A model generated the notes under the pieces. It made no database searches, was not told the DNA's origin, and was given only the letters and a program-made list of their open reading frames with translations. From Peptococcaceae bacterium (GTDB taxonomy: Bacteria; Bacillota; Peptococcia; DRI-13; PHAD01), in NCBI GenBank assembly GCA_024655825.1, contig JANLFJ010000004.1, positions 15,158-79,157 of the forward strand: 64,000 bases of DNA, in the 5' to 3' direction. The translations under genes and the position numbers were made by a program. Shown piece after piece: positions 8,361 to 18,091 of the stretch (positions are counted from its first letter, which is position 1; every line of letters starts with the position of its first letter).

Positions 8361-9095
8361 TCAGTTGTTGTTAACCCTGTTCCAATACTTTTTGACGTCC
8401 CGGATCAGGTTCTCGATATGGTTGATCATCGCCTTTTCCGCAAGCTCGGAGTCATGCAGCTCAATCGCCCGGGCGATGTTGGCGTGGTCGAGCGACACCA
8501 CGCTGTGTACTTCTTTTCTGATATATTCCAATACCGGCGTCAACTGGGCATCCTGCCTGATCAGGTTCATGGCCCCCTCCAGGACCTTGTTGCGCGAAGC
8601 CTTGGCCAGGATGCGGTGAAAGGCGATGTCTTGCTCGGCGGCACCGCCCTTGGCATGCGCCACTCTTTCCTTTTGCAAGCGCTGGATATACCACAGTTCC
8701 TTAATCTCTTCATCTGTGGCGTTAACCGCCGCCAGACGGGCAATTTCCCTCTCGATGGCCCGGCGGGCCACCAGCACATCGATTAACTCTTCCGGGGTTT
8801 TTGTTTCAAGCACCTTGAAAAACTCAAACCCCTGCTCGGTTCGCATTTTTTTATCCTCAAGCTCTTTTAGCCTGCTCAGACCCGCAGGCGACAAAACTCT
8901 CCCCTGGTATCCGACCTTGCTGGTATAACCTGCGCTGTCATAATTGGCCAGTATTCGCCCCGCCGTAGCTTCGCTGACCTCCCAGCCGTAGTTTTTCAAT
9001 TCTCGGCTCAGGTAACCGGACCCAACAGGAGACTCGCTCTGGTGAACCGTGAGCAAAATTAAGTATTCCTGTCTTTCCTTATCGGTTAACATCAA
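8361..9095 (-). CDS. Transcriptional regulator with an N-terminal winged-helix and a C-terminal FCD (FadR-type ligand-binding) domain
   Basis: 244 aa. The N-terminal part looks wHTH-like (SGYLSRELKNYGWEVSEATAGRIL). The C-terminal helical part is FCD-like (ARRAIEREIARLAA...FHRILAKASRNKVL). It is first in the co-directional set with the B12/PLP genes. Confidence 0.65.
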   Translation of the reverse strand: MMLTDKERQEYLILLTVHQSESPVGSGYLSRELKNYGWEVSEATAGRILANYDSAGYTSKVGYQGRVLSPAGLSRLKELEDKKMRTEQGFEFFKVLETKTPEELIDVLVARRAIEREIARLAAVNATDEEIKELWYIQRLQKERVAHAKGGAAEQDIAFHRILAKASRNKVLEGAMNLIRQDAQLTPVLEYIRKEVHSVVSLDHANIARAIELHDSELAEKAMINHIENLIRDVKKYWNRVNNN

Positions 9096-9244
9096 TATCT
9101 CCTTAACCTGATACGTTTGTCATGCCGGATTGTTTCGCTATAAATATTTTATCTCATTTGTGTTTGCTATACCAGCCTTTATTTGCATAAAAAAATATCT
9201 TTACGGTTAAAGTGAATTAAAAAGAAAGCAGTAAGGGTGGTTTT

Positions 9245-11428
9245 TTGCACTGCCGTTTTCTAATTCTTTTGTTTCTCCTCACTGCCGCGCTTTTTCCAAC
9301 CCCCGGTTTGGCCGCTCAACAATCACCGCAAACCATGCAGCAGCCTCTGCTGGTTCTGCTGGTCCCCGGCCTGACTCTCGAAGACTTGTTAAATCAAAAC
9401 GCTTTAAACAAGCTGCTTGAAGAATCAGCCGTTGGACTGATGAATTCTTCCGGCGAAGGGAGCCGCAAACCGGCCGCTGCTTATCTCAGCCTGTCGTCCG
9501 GTGTCAAGGCTGCCTGCCCGGAAAGAGAAGGCGGGCTTTTTTTTCAACAAAGCGAAACTTTAAATGACGGGAAGGCCGGAGAAATATATGCGTCATGGCT
9601 GGGCAACGAAGCAGAAGAATATGAAATTGTAATGCCTTATTTCAAGTCCATCCTGGACGCCAATGTTAATAAGGGCAAACCCGGCTTGCTGGCCGACACA
9701 TTGAAACGGCAGGGGGTCTCTTTTCTTTTTATGGGGAACCAGGACCTTCCCGGTACGACGTACCGGCCGGGAGCCCTGGCAGCCACAGATAGCACGGGGA
9801 GAATAAAAGAAGGATGTGTCGACGCCCGCGCCCGGGTAGTGAACAGTTCATCTCCAACCCATTATACCACCAATTACTCGTTCTTTTATGAAAAAACCGC
9901 AGAGTTTCTAAAAAACCGCCCTGGTATTGTTTTTTTGGACTTGGGAGACCTGGCCCGGCTGGACGCCATATTCGACTACCTCCCCACAGAAGTGTATAAC
10001 CACAGCCGGCTGTTACTTTTAACTCAGATCTCGGCTTTCCTTGAACGCATAATGGAACTAGCCAAAGAAACCAGGACCTCCGTCCTGCTTGTTACGCCCT
10101 TCCCCGGAAAATCCACCCTGCTTTTGGGAAGCGTGCTGACTCCCGTCATTTATCACCTGCCCGGGGGAAGCGCATCTCTCCTCACTTCCGCCAGCACTAA
10201 ACGGCTGGGTATGCTGACAAATCTTGACATAGCCCCTACCATCCTCTTTCAGGCCGGCATCCGCACCTACCAGGGTTTTGCGGGCAGACCGCTGCAGGTA
10301 GTTCCCCATCCTGCGCCCCTAAAATTACTGATAAGCACCGAGGAGAAAACCATCACCAATCACCGGCAGCGTCCCTTGTTCTTAAAGGGTTACGTCCTCC
10401 TGCAAATCGCCGTGGTGATCTTGGTTGCCGTTTTCATTCTCCTGCGCCATCCCCTGCTTTACCGGACCGGTCCCTTTCTCCTGGTCCTGACGGGTGGACC
10501 CCTTTTTTTCCTTCTCCTGCCAGTCGCCGGTCTTTTCGCCAGGATGGCGGTTCTCTTCTTGTACGGCGGCTTAACCGTGATTGTTCTTAAGAGATTCATG
10601 GCCATCAAACGACTTGCCTTCCTCTACCTCTTGACAGCCCTGGTAATCACGACCGACATTCTGCTGGGAGCCCCTCTTATGAAGTCATCCCTGTTGGGTT
10701 ACGACCCGATAAGCGGGGCCCGCTATTACGGACTGGGAAACGAATATATGGGCGTACTGCTTGGCTCATCCTTGATCGGGCTTACCCTCTTGATGGAAAC
10801 TCTCAACCGGGAGTATTCCTTATACAGCCGTTTCTATTTGCCAGGCATCCTATTCGTTTTTGGGGTTCTAACCATACTGGTGGCCGCCCCGCAGGGGGGA
10901 ACAAATGTGGGCGGCGCAATCGCCTTTACCGCCAGCCTGGCGCTCCTGCCAGCCGCTGTTTACAGCAGAAGGCTGAACCTCAAAATGTTAATCGCGGTAG
11001 GTCTTTCCTGTTTTGCCACTGTCCTTATTCTTTTTTATACAGACCTTCATCGCCCTGTGGAAGTTCAGTCCCATATCGGCCTTACCGCCCGCCTGATCAG
11101 GGAAGAGGGACTCTCTTCATTGCTGCCGGTCGTCATTCGCAAGGTAAACATGAATATAAAGCTGATTCAGTATTCCCTCTGGACCAGGGTTTTTCTAACC
11201 CTGCTGGGAGCCTCGGCGTTAATATTCTACCGCCCGCCCGGGCTTATAAAAAAAATTTTTTCCGCCTTCCCTTGCTTAAAGGCCGGATTCAACGCCGGGC
11301 TGTGCGGCAGTTTCATCGCCTTGCTGGTTAATGATTCGGGTATTGTTGCCGCGGCTACCTGTTCCATCTTTGTGGTCCTTACCCTGCTCTACCTGATTGC
11401 GGAAAGAGTTGCCGATAAAACCGGGTAA
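9245..11428 (+). CDS. Large integral membrane protein with an N-terminal extracytoplasmic domain, unknown function
   Basis: 727 aa with a TTG start. It has a signal-like N-terminus (LILLFLLTAALFPTPGLAA), a ~330-aa soluble domain, then more than 10 predicted TM helices. Confidence 0.6.
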   Translation: MHCRFLILLFLLTAALFPTPGLAAQQSPQTMQQPLLVLLVPGLTLEDLLNQNALNKLLEESAVGLMNSSGEGSRKPAAAYLSLSSGVKAACPEREGGLFFQQSETLNDGKAGEIYASWLGNEAEEYEIVMPYFKSILDANVNKGKPGLLADTLKRQGVSFLFMGNQDLPGTTYRPGALAATDSTGRIKEGCVDARARVVNSSSPTHYTTNYSFFYEKTAEFLKNRPGIVFLDLGDLARLDAIFDYLPTEVYNHSRLLLLTQISAFLERIMELAKETRTSVLLVTPFPGKSTLLLGSVLTPVIYHLPGGSASLLTSASTKRLGMLTNLDIAPTILFQAGIRTYQGFAGRPLQVVPHPAPLKLLISTEEKTITNHRQRPLFLKGYVLLQIAVVILVAVFILLRHPLLYRTGPFLLVLTGGPLFFLLLPVAGLFARMAVLFLYGGLTVIVLKRFMAIKRLAFLYLLTALVITTDILLGAPLMKSSLLGYDPISGARYYGLGNEYMGVLLGSSLIGLTLLMETLNREYSLYSRFYLPGILFVFGVLTILVAAPQGGTNVGGAIAFTASLALLPAAVYSRRLNLKMLIAVGLSCFATVLILFYTDLHRPVEVQSHIGLTARLIREEGLSSLLPVVIRKVNMNIKLIQYSLWTRVFLTLLGASALIFYRPPGLIKKIFSAFPCLKAGFNAGLCGSFIALLVNDSGIVAAATCSIFVVLTLLYLIAERVADKTG

Positions 11429-11474
11429 ATATTTGCGGGATAATTTTACCGCCGTAAATCGCATGAAAAGAATA

Positions 11475-12062
11475 TTATTCCTTCACCCTGTCCACAGGAC
11501 CTTTGCCTCTTTCCGCCCACAGCAAACGAATCTCTCTTTCCTGCCTGTTCAGCCGCCCATCCATTTCAACCCATACACTTTTTATAAACCCGGTATCCTT
11601 CTCAATTCTTGCCTGGCTTTCCTTGATACTCGCAAAATAATCGAGGTACATGGAATGGGCGTCAAACAACACGCGAATCTTATCGACCAGTTCATTTTCC
11701 ACGCGAACCGCAAGCGCATCCACTTTTTTGTTCAGGGCCTTTTGTCCTTCTTCGAAAGAATCCATTCTTTTGTCAAAAGAGTCCATCCTTTTATCAAAAG
11801 AATCCATCCGGTTTTCAAAAGAGTCCATCCTTTTGTCGAAAGAGTCCATCCTTGCATCAATGCGCTTTTCCATGGCCTGCTGACCTTCAACCACATCTTC
11901 TATACGCTTTTCCAAAGCCTTTTGCCCGTTGGCGATATCATCGACCCGTTTCTCCAAGGTCTGCTGGCCGCTGGCCAGGCCTTCGAGGTGTTTTAACACC
12001 AGTTCCTGGTATTTATCACTTTTCAATATTTTTTGCCTCCTTTCTCGATAAAAGTATATCAC
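11475..12062 (-). CDS. Coiled-coil protein with a tandem heptad (RMDSF[D/E][K/N]) array, unknown function
   Basis: 195 aa. It contains LEKRVDDIANGQKALEKRIEDVVEGQQAMEKRIDARMDSFDKRMDSFENRMDSFDKRMDSFDKRMDSFEEGQ. Confidence 0.6.
   Translation of the reverse strand: MIYFYRERRQKILKSDKYQELVLKHLEGLASGQQTLEKRVDDIANGQKALEKRIEDVVEGQQAMEKRIDARMDSFDKRMDSFENRMDSFDKRMDSFDKRMDSFEEGQKALNKKVDALAVRVENELVDKIRVLFDAHSMYLDYFASIKESQARIEKDTGFIKSVWVEMDGRLNRQEREIRLLWAERGKGPVDRVKE
11752..11856. repeat. Five tandem 21-bp repeats inside the coiled-coil gene
   Basis: The units are tcgaaagaatccattcttttg, tcaaaagagtccatcctttta, tcaaaagaatccatccggttt, tcaaaagagtccatccttttg and tcgaaagagtccatccttgca. Confidence 0.9.
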
Positions 12063-12160
12063 TTCGCGGGTCCATTTTTTGATTTTCGACTAATAAAAAA
12101 TGTATTGCCAATTGTAAGAACTTACCGCCTTTTTACTTCAACATATAACGGCGTCTATAC

Positions 12161-13291
12161 TCAAAACAGGATTGGGTCGTGGTAGATATAAACATTCATC
12201 AATAGGCTCAAAGCGATCATATTGGCCAGAAGAGCGCTTCCCCCATAGCTCACAAAAGGCAGCGGGATGCCCGTGATAGGCATGATGCCCACGGTCATGC
12301 CGATATTCTGCAGCACATGAAAGGCAAACATGGAGACTACGCCGACTGCTACCAGGCTGCCGTAAACATCTTTGGCGTTAAGGGCTATGCGAATACCCCT
12401 GTAAATAAGAAAGAAGAAAAGCAAGAGCAAAAAGGCCGAGCCTAGAAATCCAAACTCCTCGGCCAGCACGCTGAAGATAAAGTCGGTCCACTGTTCAGGC
12501 AAGAAATCGCCCCTCGCCTGGGAACCCTGCCCCCACCCTTTACCCAGCAAGCCGCCGGAACCTACGGCTATTTGGGACTGGATAACGTTCCAACCCCAAC
12601 CCCTGGGGTCAACAAGAGGATTAATAAATACCACCAGGCGCATAAGCTGGTAATCTTTGAGCGGCAGCCATAAACCCCAGTGGTAATGAGCATAGATGGC
12701 CACGCAGATGGAAGCGACACCTCCTGCCAGCAGGGTGCCCAACAAAAAAGGCGAAGCGCCGGCCGCCAGGAGCATCCCGAACATGATGGCTATATAGACC
12801 AGGCCTGTGCCCAGATCCGGTTGCTTAAGAATTAAAAGCAGGGGCAGCCCCACATAAATAAAGACTGGGATCAAGTCTTTCAAGGTTTTTAGTTTGCCGA
12901 CCCTGGGCACTAAAAAACTGGCGAGTCCCAAGATAAGCAGGATTTTGACGGGTTCCGCCGGCTGGAACTTTAAAGGCCCCAAGGCTATCCATGCCTGTGC
13001 GCCCTTGGTTTCTTTCCCGAAAATTAAAACCGTCACCAAAAGGAGCAGGTTCAGGACATACATGTGCCGGCTGTACTTGATTAACCTGCTGTAATCAAAA
13101 AAGAGAAGGGAAAAGAAAGCGGCTAAGCCTATGACCGTCCAGGCTGCCTGGCGGAGGACGTAGTTGGTGTTATACTTGATACTGGCATTGTATGTGGCGC
13201 TCTGTAAAACAAAGAAACCCATCACAAGGATGAGCGCCACTACTATGAGTAGAACGTAGTCAAGACTTTTCAATATCTTGGAAAGCCGCAT
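12161..13291 (-). CDS. rodA: SEDS-family peptidoglycan glycosyltransferase RodA
   Basis: FtsW/RodA/SpoVE-family polytopic protein (PLPFVSYGGSALLANM). It sits next to minCDE, PBP2 and mreBCD. The start is set at MRLSKIL (ATG 13291, RBS GGAAGGGG). Confidence 0.88.
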   Translation of the reverse strand: MRLSKILKSLDYVLLIVVALILVMGFFVLQSATYNASIKYNTNYVLRQAAWTVIGLAAFFSLLFFDYSRLIKYSRHMYVLNLLLLVTVLIFGKETKGAQAWIALGPLKFQPAEPVKILLILGLASFLVPRVGKLKTLKDLIPVFIYVGLPLLLILKQPDLGTGLVYIAIMFGMLLAAGASPFLLGTLLAGGVASICVAIYAHYHWGLWLPLKDYQLMRLVVFINPLVDPRGWGWNVIQSQIAVGSGGLLGKGWGQGSQARGDFLPEQWTDFIFSVLAEEFGFLGSAFLLLLFFFLIYRGIRIALNAKDVYGSLVAVGVVSMFAFHVLQNIGMTVGIMPITGIPLPFVSYGGSALLANMIALSLLMNVYIYHDPILF

Positions 13292-13389
13292 GCAAACACC
13301 CCTTCCGACATCCATTATACCTTGCTTGGACCTGTTTTCAAAAGGATTTTACAGGAAAGAAGGTTTCTCAATGTGTTTCCCGGCAGTGT

Positions 13390-13668
13390 TTAGCAGTTGT
13401 TTCTGGAAGTCAGGCGGTTAATCTTAATAACAGGAATGTTAGCCACCAGAGCAACAGATTTCTCGTCGGTGTTAAGCGATACCTCGGTTCCGCTCCTGTC
13501 AATTTCCATGTAGTTGGCAATAACTTTCAACATCTCCTCTTTCAAGCATTCGAGAAGCTGCGGTGAAATGTTTGAACGGTCATGTACCAGAACCAGGCGC
13601 AGCCTTTCTTTGGCCACGTTCTTACTGGAAGGAACCTCTTTTCCTACCAGCTTGCCAAACAAATCCAT
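13390..13668 (-). CDS. minE: Cell division topological specificity factor MinE
   Basis: 92 aa. The N-terminus is MDLFGKLVGK...SKNVAKERLRLVLVHDR. It lies immediately downstream of minD. Confidence 0.9.
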   Translation of the reverse strand: MDLFGKLVGKEVPSSKNVAKERLRLVLVHDRSNISPQLLECLKEEMLKVIANYMEIDRSGTEVSLNTDEKSVALVANIPVIKINRLTSRNNC

Positions 13669-13688
13669 CCCGTATACCCCCTCGTCAA

Positions 13689-14489
13689 TTAACTCCTAAA
13701 ACCAAGGAGTTTTTTCAACCTGCCGAACAAAGTTTCTTCAATATCCAAAGAAATAAGAGGCACCTGTTCTCCTGCAATTCTCCTGGCTATGTTGCGATAG
13801 GCCTGTCCCGCCCACGAATTGGCATCAAGCACGGCCGGTTCTCCCCTGTTCGTTGAAATTACTATTGATTCATCTTCAGGCACTACACCCAAAAGTTCAA
13901 TAGCCAGGATGTCGATCATGTCATTAATATCCATCATGTCACCTTTTTTTACCATTACCGGACGGATGCGGTTGATGACCAGCTTTGGATTCCTTAGTTC
14001 CGATGCTTCCAACAGCCCGATAATCCTGTCGGCATCCCTCACTGCGGCAACTTCAGGGGTTGTCACCACCACGGCCTTTTCCGCTCCGGCAATGGCATTG
14101 CGAAAACCCTGCTCGATACCCGCCGGGCAGTCAATCAGCACGTAATCAAATTCTTCTTTGAGTTCCTGGCACAATTTCTTCATCTGCTCAATGGTGACGG
14201 CCGTTTTATCCTTAGTTTGGGCGGCCGGCAGCAGGACGAGGTGCTCAAAGCGCTTGTCCCTGATCAGGGCCTGTTTTAATCGGCAGTGGCCATTGGCGGC
14301 ATCCACAAGGTCATAAACGATGCGGTTTTCCAGGCCCATTACCACATCAAGGTTTCTCAATCCTATATCAGTATCAACCAGCACCACTTTATGGCCCATT
14401 GAGGCCAAGGCGGTTCCAATATTGGCGGTTGTTGTCGTTTTGCCTACCCCGCCCTTGCCGGAAGTTACCACGATCACTTCACCCATCAA
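13689..14489 (-). CDS. minD: Septum site-determining ATPase MinD
   Basis: 266 aa with the deviant Walker A motif GKGGVGKTT. Confidence 0.95.
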   Translation of the reverse strand: MMGEVIVVTSGKGGVGKTTTTANIGTALASMGHKVVLVDTDIGLRNLDVVMGLENRIVYDLVDAANGHCRLKQALIRDKRFEHLVLLPAAQTKDKTAVTIEQMKKLCQELKEEFDYVLIDCPAGIEQGFRNAIAGAEKAVVVTTPEVAAVRDADRIIGLLEASELRNPKLVINRIRPVMVKKGDMMDINDMIDILAIELLGVVPEDESIVISTNRGEPAVLDANSWAGQAYRNIARRIAGEQVPLISLDIEETLFGRLKKLLGFRS

Positions 14490-15181
14490 CCAATACCTCC
14501 CATAATCTCAAAACTGCTTGTTATATTTTTCCATTCCTTTACTATGACCATTCCTTCTTGAATCCTGGCTATTTCCGGACTTGAAGGTTTTTCGTCCGGA
14601 GCGCGTGTAATATAACCGGCAATACGGAGCTGCGTCGGCTCCAGCCGCAGGGCGGCTACCCAGACATCTTCGTCTCCTTCCGCCCCCGCATGCACCGTTC
14701 CCAGCAAACTGCCCAAAACAAGGACAAAACCGGAAGCCGTAATCTTGGAGCCGGGCTTGGCATCTCCAAAAACAATAACATTCCCGGCAAAAGTAACATC
14801 CTGCCCGGAGCGTATGCTGCGGCTGACAACAAGAGTGGGTACCCTGCTGATTTTTTCATTCATGTAAAAATTCCACTCTTTCGCCTTCAGCCGGGAACCC
14901 TTCGTTTCAGCGTTCTCTTTTTTTGAGCACCCCGTTTTCAGACCACTGATGCTCAACCCGCTTCCTTCAAAAATCTCCCAAAGCCTGCTCACCTGTTCCG
15001 GCGACAGCCGGCGCCTTCCCAACTCCAGTGTAACGCTGGCCCCTTCGAAAAAGACGCCGTTTTTACCGTTCAGCCGGTTTTTTAGATCAGTGAGAATATC
15101 CTCCCACTGGGCTTGATCATCAAGAAGCACCGTCAGGCCATCCCTGTTCCCCTTGATCGCCGTGAGTTCCTTTTTCATCAA
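14486..15181 (-). CDS. minC: Septum site-determining protein MinC
   Basis: 231 aa. The C-terminal beta-helix region reads GDAKPGSKITASGFVLVLGSLLGTVHAG. It overlaps the minD start by 4 nt. Confidence 0.88.
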   Translation of the reverse strand: MMKKELTAIKGNRDGLTVLLDDQAQWEDILTDLKNRLNGKNGVFFEGASVTLELGRRRLSPEQVSRLWEIFEGSGLSISGLKTGCSKKENAETKGSRLKAKEWNFYMNEKISRVPTLVVSRSIRSGQDVTFAGNVIVFGDAKPGSKITASGFVLVLGSLLGTVHAGAEGDEDVWVAALRLEPTQLRIAGYITRAPDEKPSSPEIARIQEGMVIVKEWKNITSSFEIMGGIG

Positions 15182-15402
15182 ATTCTTAATGTTCCCCCTC
15201 TATCCTGTTAAATCTATGTTCGCTATGAAATCAACAAATCCCTGCCGGCCTGAAATAAAAAACGGGCTTTTTTTCCCCGCTTTTTCATCGAATTTTGACA
15301 CATTCCGCCTGTTTCCGGCACGCGTACCTGCCTAACCACAGCCTTGCCGTCGGAATTAGAAAGGAACGGGGATCTAAACAGCAGACGGCCGCAGGCCGGC
15401 AA

Positions 15403-17526
15403 TTACGGCGTGCTTTGCGCTTCATCAACAGCCTCTCCGCCTTGAGCTTCACTGTTTTCCTGGGAAACAGCACCGGAATCCGGCCTGTCTGACGTCGCCT
15501 GGTTGAGCTTTAGTTCCACCGGTTTGACCCCGAAATACTGCTCAAAGACCGCCTTAGCCACCAGGCCTATGGAACCGGAGCCGCTCCACCCGTGTTCTAT
15601 AACACCGGCAAAAGCTATCTGCGGGTTATCGGCCGGCGCGAAAGCGATAAATAGACCGTCATAATCATTCTTGCCGTAACCCTCTCTCCCGGGCTGGGCG
15701 GTACCCGTTTTAGCCGCTACTTTTATGTTTGCGGGAAAGTGTTTAAAGAGCGAATAAGCTGTCCCTCCCGGGGAGGTAACAGCCTCCATGGCCTTACGAG
15801 TTTCCTCAAGTGTCCGGGGCGCCATGGAAACCTGTTTGACCAGTTCAGGCTTAAACTCTTTGATTATTTGTCCGTCAGGGCTGACAATTCTATCAACCGT
15901 GTAGGGTTTGTAGCGCTTGCCCCCGTTGGCCAGCGTAGCCACATAATTTGCCATACCGATAACTGTGTACTGGTTATATCCCTGGCCTATGCCGGTATTG
16001 TAAGTGTCCCAGTCGTGCCACTGGGTATAGTGTTCAAGCTGGATTCTCCTCTCCTGTTCCCATAACCTCTTTTTGCTGTTTAGTTCATACTCCAGCTTCT
16101 TTTTTTCCTGGTCGGTAGGGGACAGGGCAATTTTTTCACTGTATTCTTTCTCCAGGGCTGCAATTTTTTCATCGATGTTCTTGTTTATCTTATTCGCCCT
16201 CATGTTGAATTCCATTGCCTGCCAGTCCGGGCCGGGTAGGAGCCCGCTGCTCTCGTATGGCAAATCGATCCCGGTGGGCCCGCCCAGGCCGAAATCCAAT
16301 CCCACCCTGGCGATCTGGGTTATCCCGGCCCTCCGGGCCATTTCCTGAAAATATACGTTGCACGATTGGGCCATGGCGGAATAGTAGTTAACCTTGCCAT
16401 GAGTTCCCCAGCATTTGATATATGGTGGATACCAGTACTTTCCCGTGCAAGCCACTGTATCCTGGGGATTCATTCCGCCTGACTCAAGGGCAGCCATCCC
16501 GGTAATGGGCTTAAAAGTGGAACCTGGAACGTAACTGCCCTGAATAGCCCTGTTGCTCAGCGCAGGAGGACGGTTGCGAAAATAGTAATCGACCTTGTCC
16601 TGCTTGAGCGGCTTGCCGTTAAAATCATCGGGGTTTAGCGCCGGCCGGCTGGCCATAGCCAAGACCTTGCCGGTATTTACATCAAGCACCACGGCTGCTC
16701 CGGCTTGAGCCTTGGGATGCTCTTTTTGCACTTTGGCCAGCGTCTCGTCAAAGGACTTTTCCAATGCCTGCTGGAGATCAAGGTCAATGGTCAGCACGAG
16801 TTTATTGCCGGAGACGGGGGGAATGGTCCTGACTTCCCTGACGGGGCGGTTTTTGGCAGTTACTTCCATCTGGCGGTAGCCGTTTTTTCCACGCAGGTAA
16901 TGTTCATATGTTTTTTCCACACCGGTTTTACCCACCAGGTCCCCCAGTCCATAATCCTCGAAACCAGGCTGGTCCAGTTCTTCCTTTATTGAATGGACAT
17001 ATCCCAGCAGGTGCCCGGCCAGTATCCCGTAAGGATACGAACGCTGGGGCTGAGCGGTTATATTCACCCCGGGCAAATCGCGCCGCCGTTCCTCGATGGC
17101 CGTTATCAACTCAACAGAAACATCTCTTTTGATAATAATCGGTTCAAACAACCTGTTTTTTTGCAAATTGATAGCGCTTTTGATACTTTCAAAAGTTATT
17201 TCCGGGTCGTCCAAAATCTCAACAAGTTTATTGATAACCTCGTCCGTATCCTGGTCTTTTAAACCCAAATAGTCAAGAGACAGGTTAAAAACCGACCTGT
17301 TAGTGGCCAAAACCTTGCCGTGGCGATCAACTATATCCCCGCGCGGAGCCGGTTCAATAATCAAGCGCATCGTGTTGGATACCGCCTGGTTTCGATAAAT
17401 CTCGGCTTTAAAAAGCTGCAGCCAGGAAATTCGCAAAAACAGGGCACTAAAAATTATCAATACCACCCCTAGGTAAACACGCAAGCTTTTTTCCACAACC
17501 AGCTTTGTTTTCTTTTCTTCTCCCAC
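15403..17526 (-). CDS. mrdA: Penicillin-binding protein 2 (elongasome transpeptidase)
   Basis: 707 aa with an N-terminal TM anchor. The transpeptidase motifs are STFK (PGSTFKPITG) and KTGTAQ. It lies between mreD and minC. Confidence 0.9.
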   Translation of the reverse strand: MGEEKKTKLVVEKSLRVYLGVVLIIFSALFLRISWLQLFKAEIYRNQAVSNTMRLIIEPAPRGDIVDRHGKVLATNRSVFNLSLDYLGLKDQDTDEVINKLVEILDDPEITFESIKSAINLQKNRLFEPIIIKRDVSVELITAIEERRRDLPGVNITAQPQRSYPYGILAGHLLGYVHSIKEELDQPGFEDYGLGDLVGKTGVEKTYEHYLRGKNGYRQMEVTAKNRPVREVRTIPPVSGNKLVLTIDLDLQQALEKSFDETLAKVQKEHPKAQAGAAVVLDVNTGKVLAMASRPALNPDDFNGKPLKQDKVDYYFRNRPPALSNRAIQGSYVPGSTFKPITGMAALESGGMNPQDTVACTGKYWYPPYIKCWGTHGKVNYYSAMAQSCNVYFQEMARRAGITQIARVGLDFGLGGPTGIDLPYESSGLLPGPDWQAMEFNMRANKINKNIDEKIAALEKEYSEKIALSPTDQEKKKLEYELNSKKRLWEQERRIQLEHYTQWHDWDTYNTGIGQGYNQYTVIGMANYVATLANGGKRYKPYTVDRIVSPDGQIIKEFKPELVKQVSMAPRTLEETRKAMEAVTSPGGTAYSLFKHFPANIKVAAKTGTAQPGREGYGKNDYDGLFIAFAPADNPQIAFAGVIEHGWSGSGSIGLVAKAVFEQYFGVKPVELKLNQATSDRPDSGAVSQENSEAQGGEAVDEAQSTP

Positions 17527-17569
17527 AGGATATTACCTCCAAATCCCAGCCTTCACCCCGGCCCTGGTT

Positions 17570-18091
17570 TTAAGAAAACCGGTCCCAAAACTTAGGGTTA
17601 ATCCGGTTTTCATTAAACCTGGACGCCAAGTGAAAAAAGCGCGGGTAAATGAAAGGTACCAGGCACGTATTGTAAATGGCCAGCGGAATGGAGTTCCAAA
17701 GCCACAACCTCATACTCCACTGGAGTCCAAGCGCCTTGCCGGCGAGAAAGTAAAGTGCGCTGTTAAAAAACGTTCCCGCAAACATTGAAATTATGGGTAT
17801 CAACAGGTTTTCGCTGAATGCTCCCCTGGATATCCACCCCACCAAAAACGAGGTCGCACCCTTGGAAAAGGCATTCATCCCGATAAACCGGCCCAGGTAA
17901 ACGTCCTCCAGCAGGCCCAGCAAAAAACCGACGATCGTCCCCCGCCGGGGTCCGCAGAGTATACTGAAAAATATTGCCAAAATTAAAACAAAATCGGGTT
18001 TAATACCGGCTAAAGCTATATGGTTAAAGATAGTGCTTTGCATAACCAGTCCGGTCAAGGCAAAAAGAAAAAGCGTCATGTATTCTCTCAT
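17570..18091 (-). CDS. mreD: Rod shape-determining protein MreD
   Basis: 173-aa polytopic protein located after mreC, with a 4-nt overlap. Confidence 0.85.
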   Translation of the reverse strand: MREYMTLFLFALTGLVMQSTIFNHIALAGIKPDFVLILAIFFSILCGPRRGTIVGFLLGLLEDVYLGRFIGMNAFSKGATSFLVGWISRGAFSENLLIPIISMFAGTFFNSALYFLAGKALGLQWSMRLWLWNSIPLAIYNTCLVPFIYPRFFHLASRFNENRINPKFWDRFS

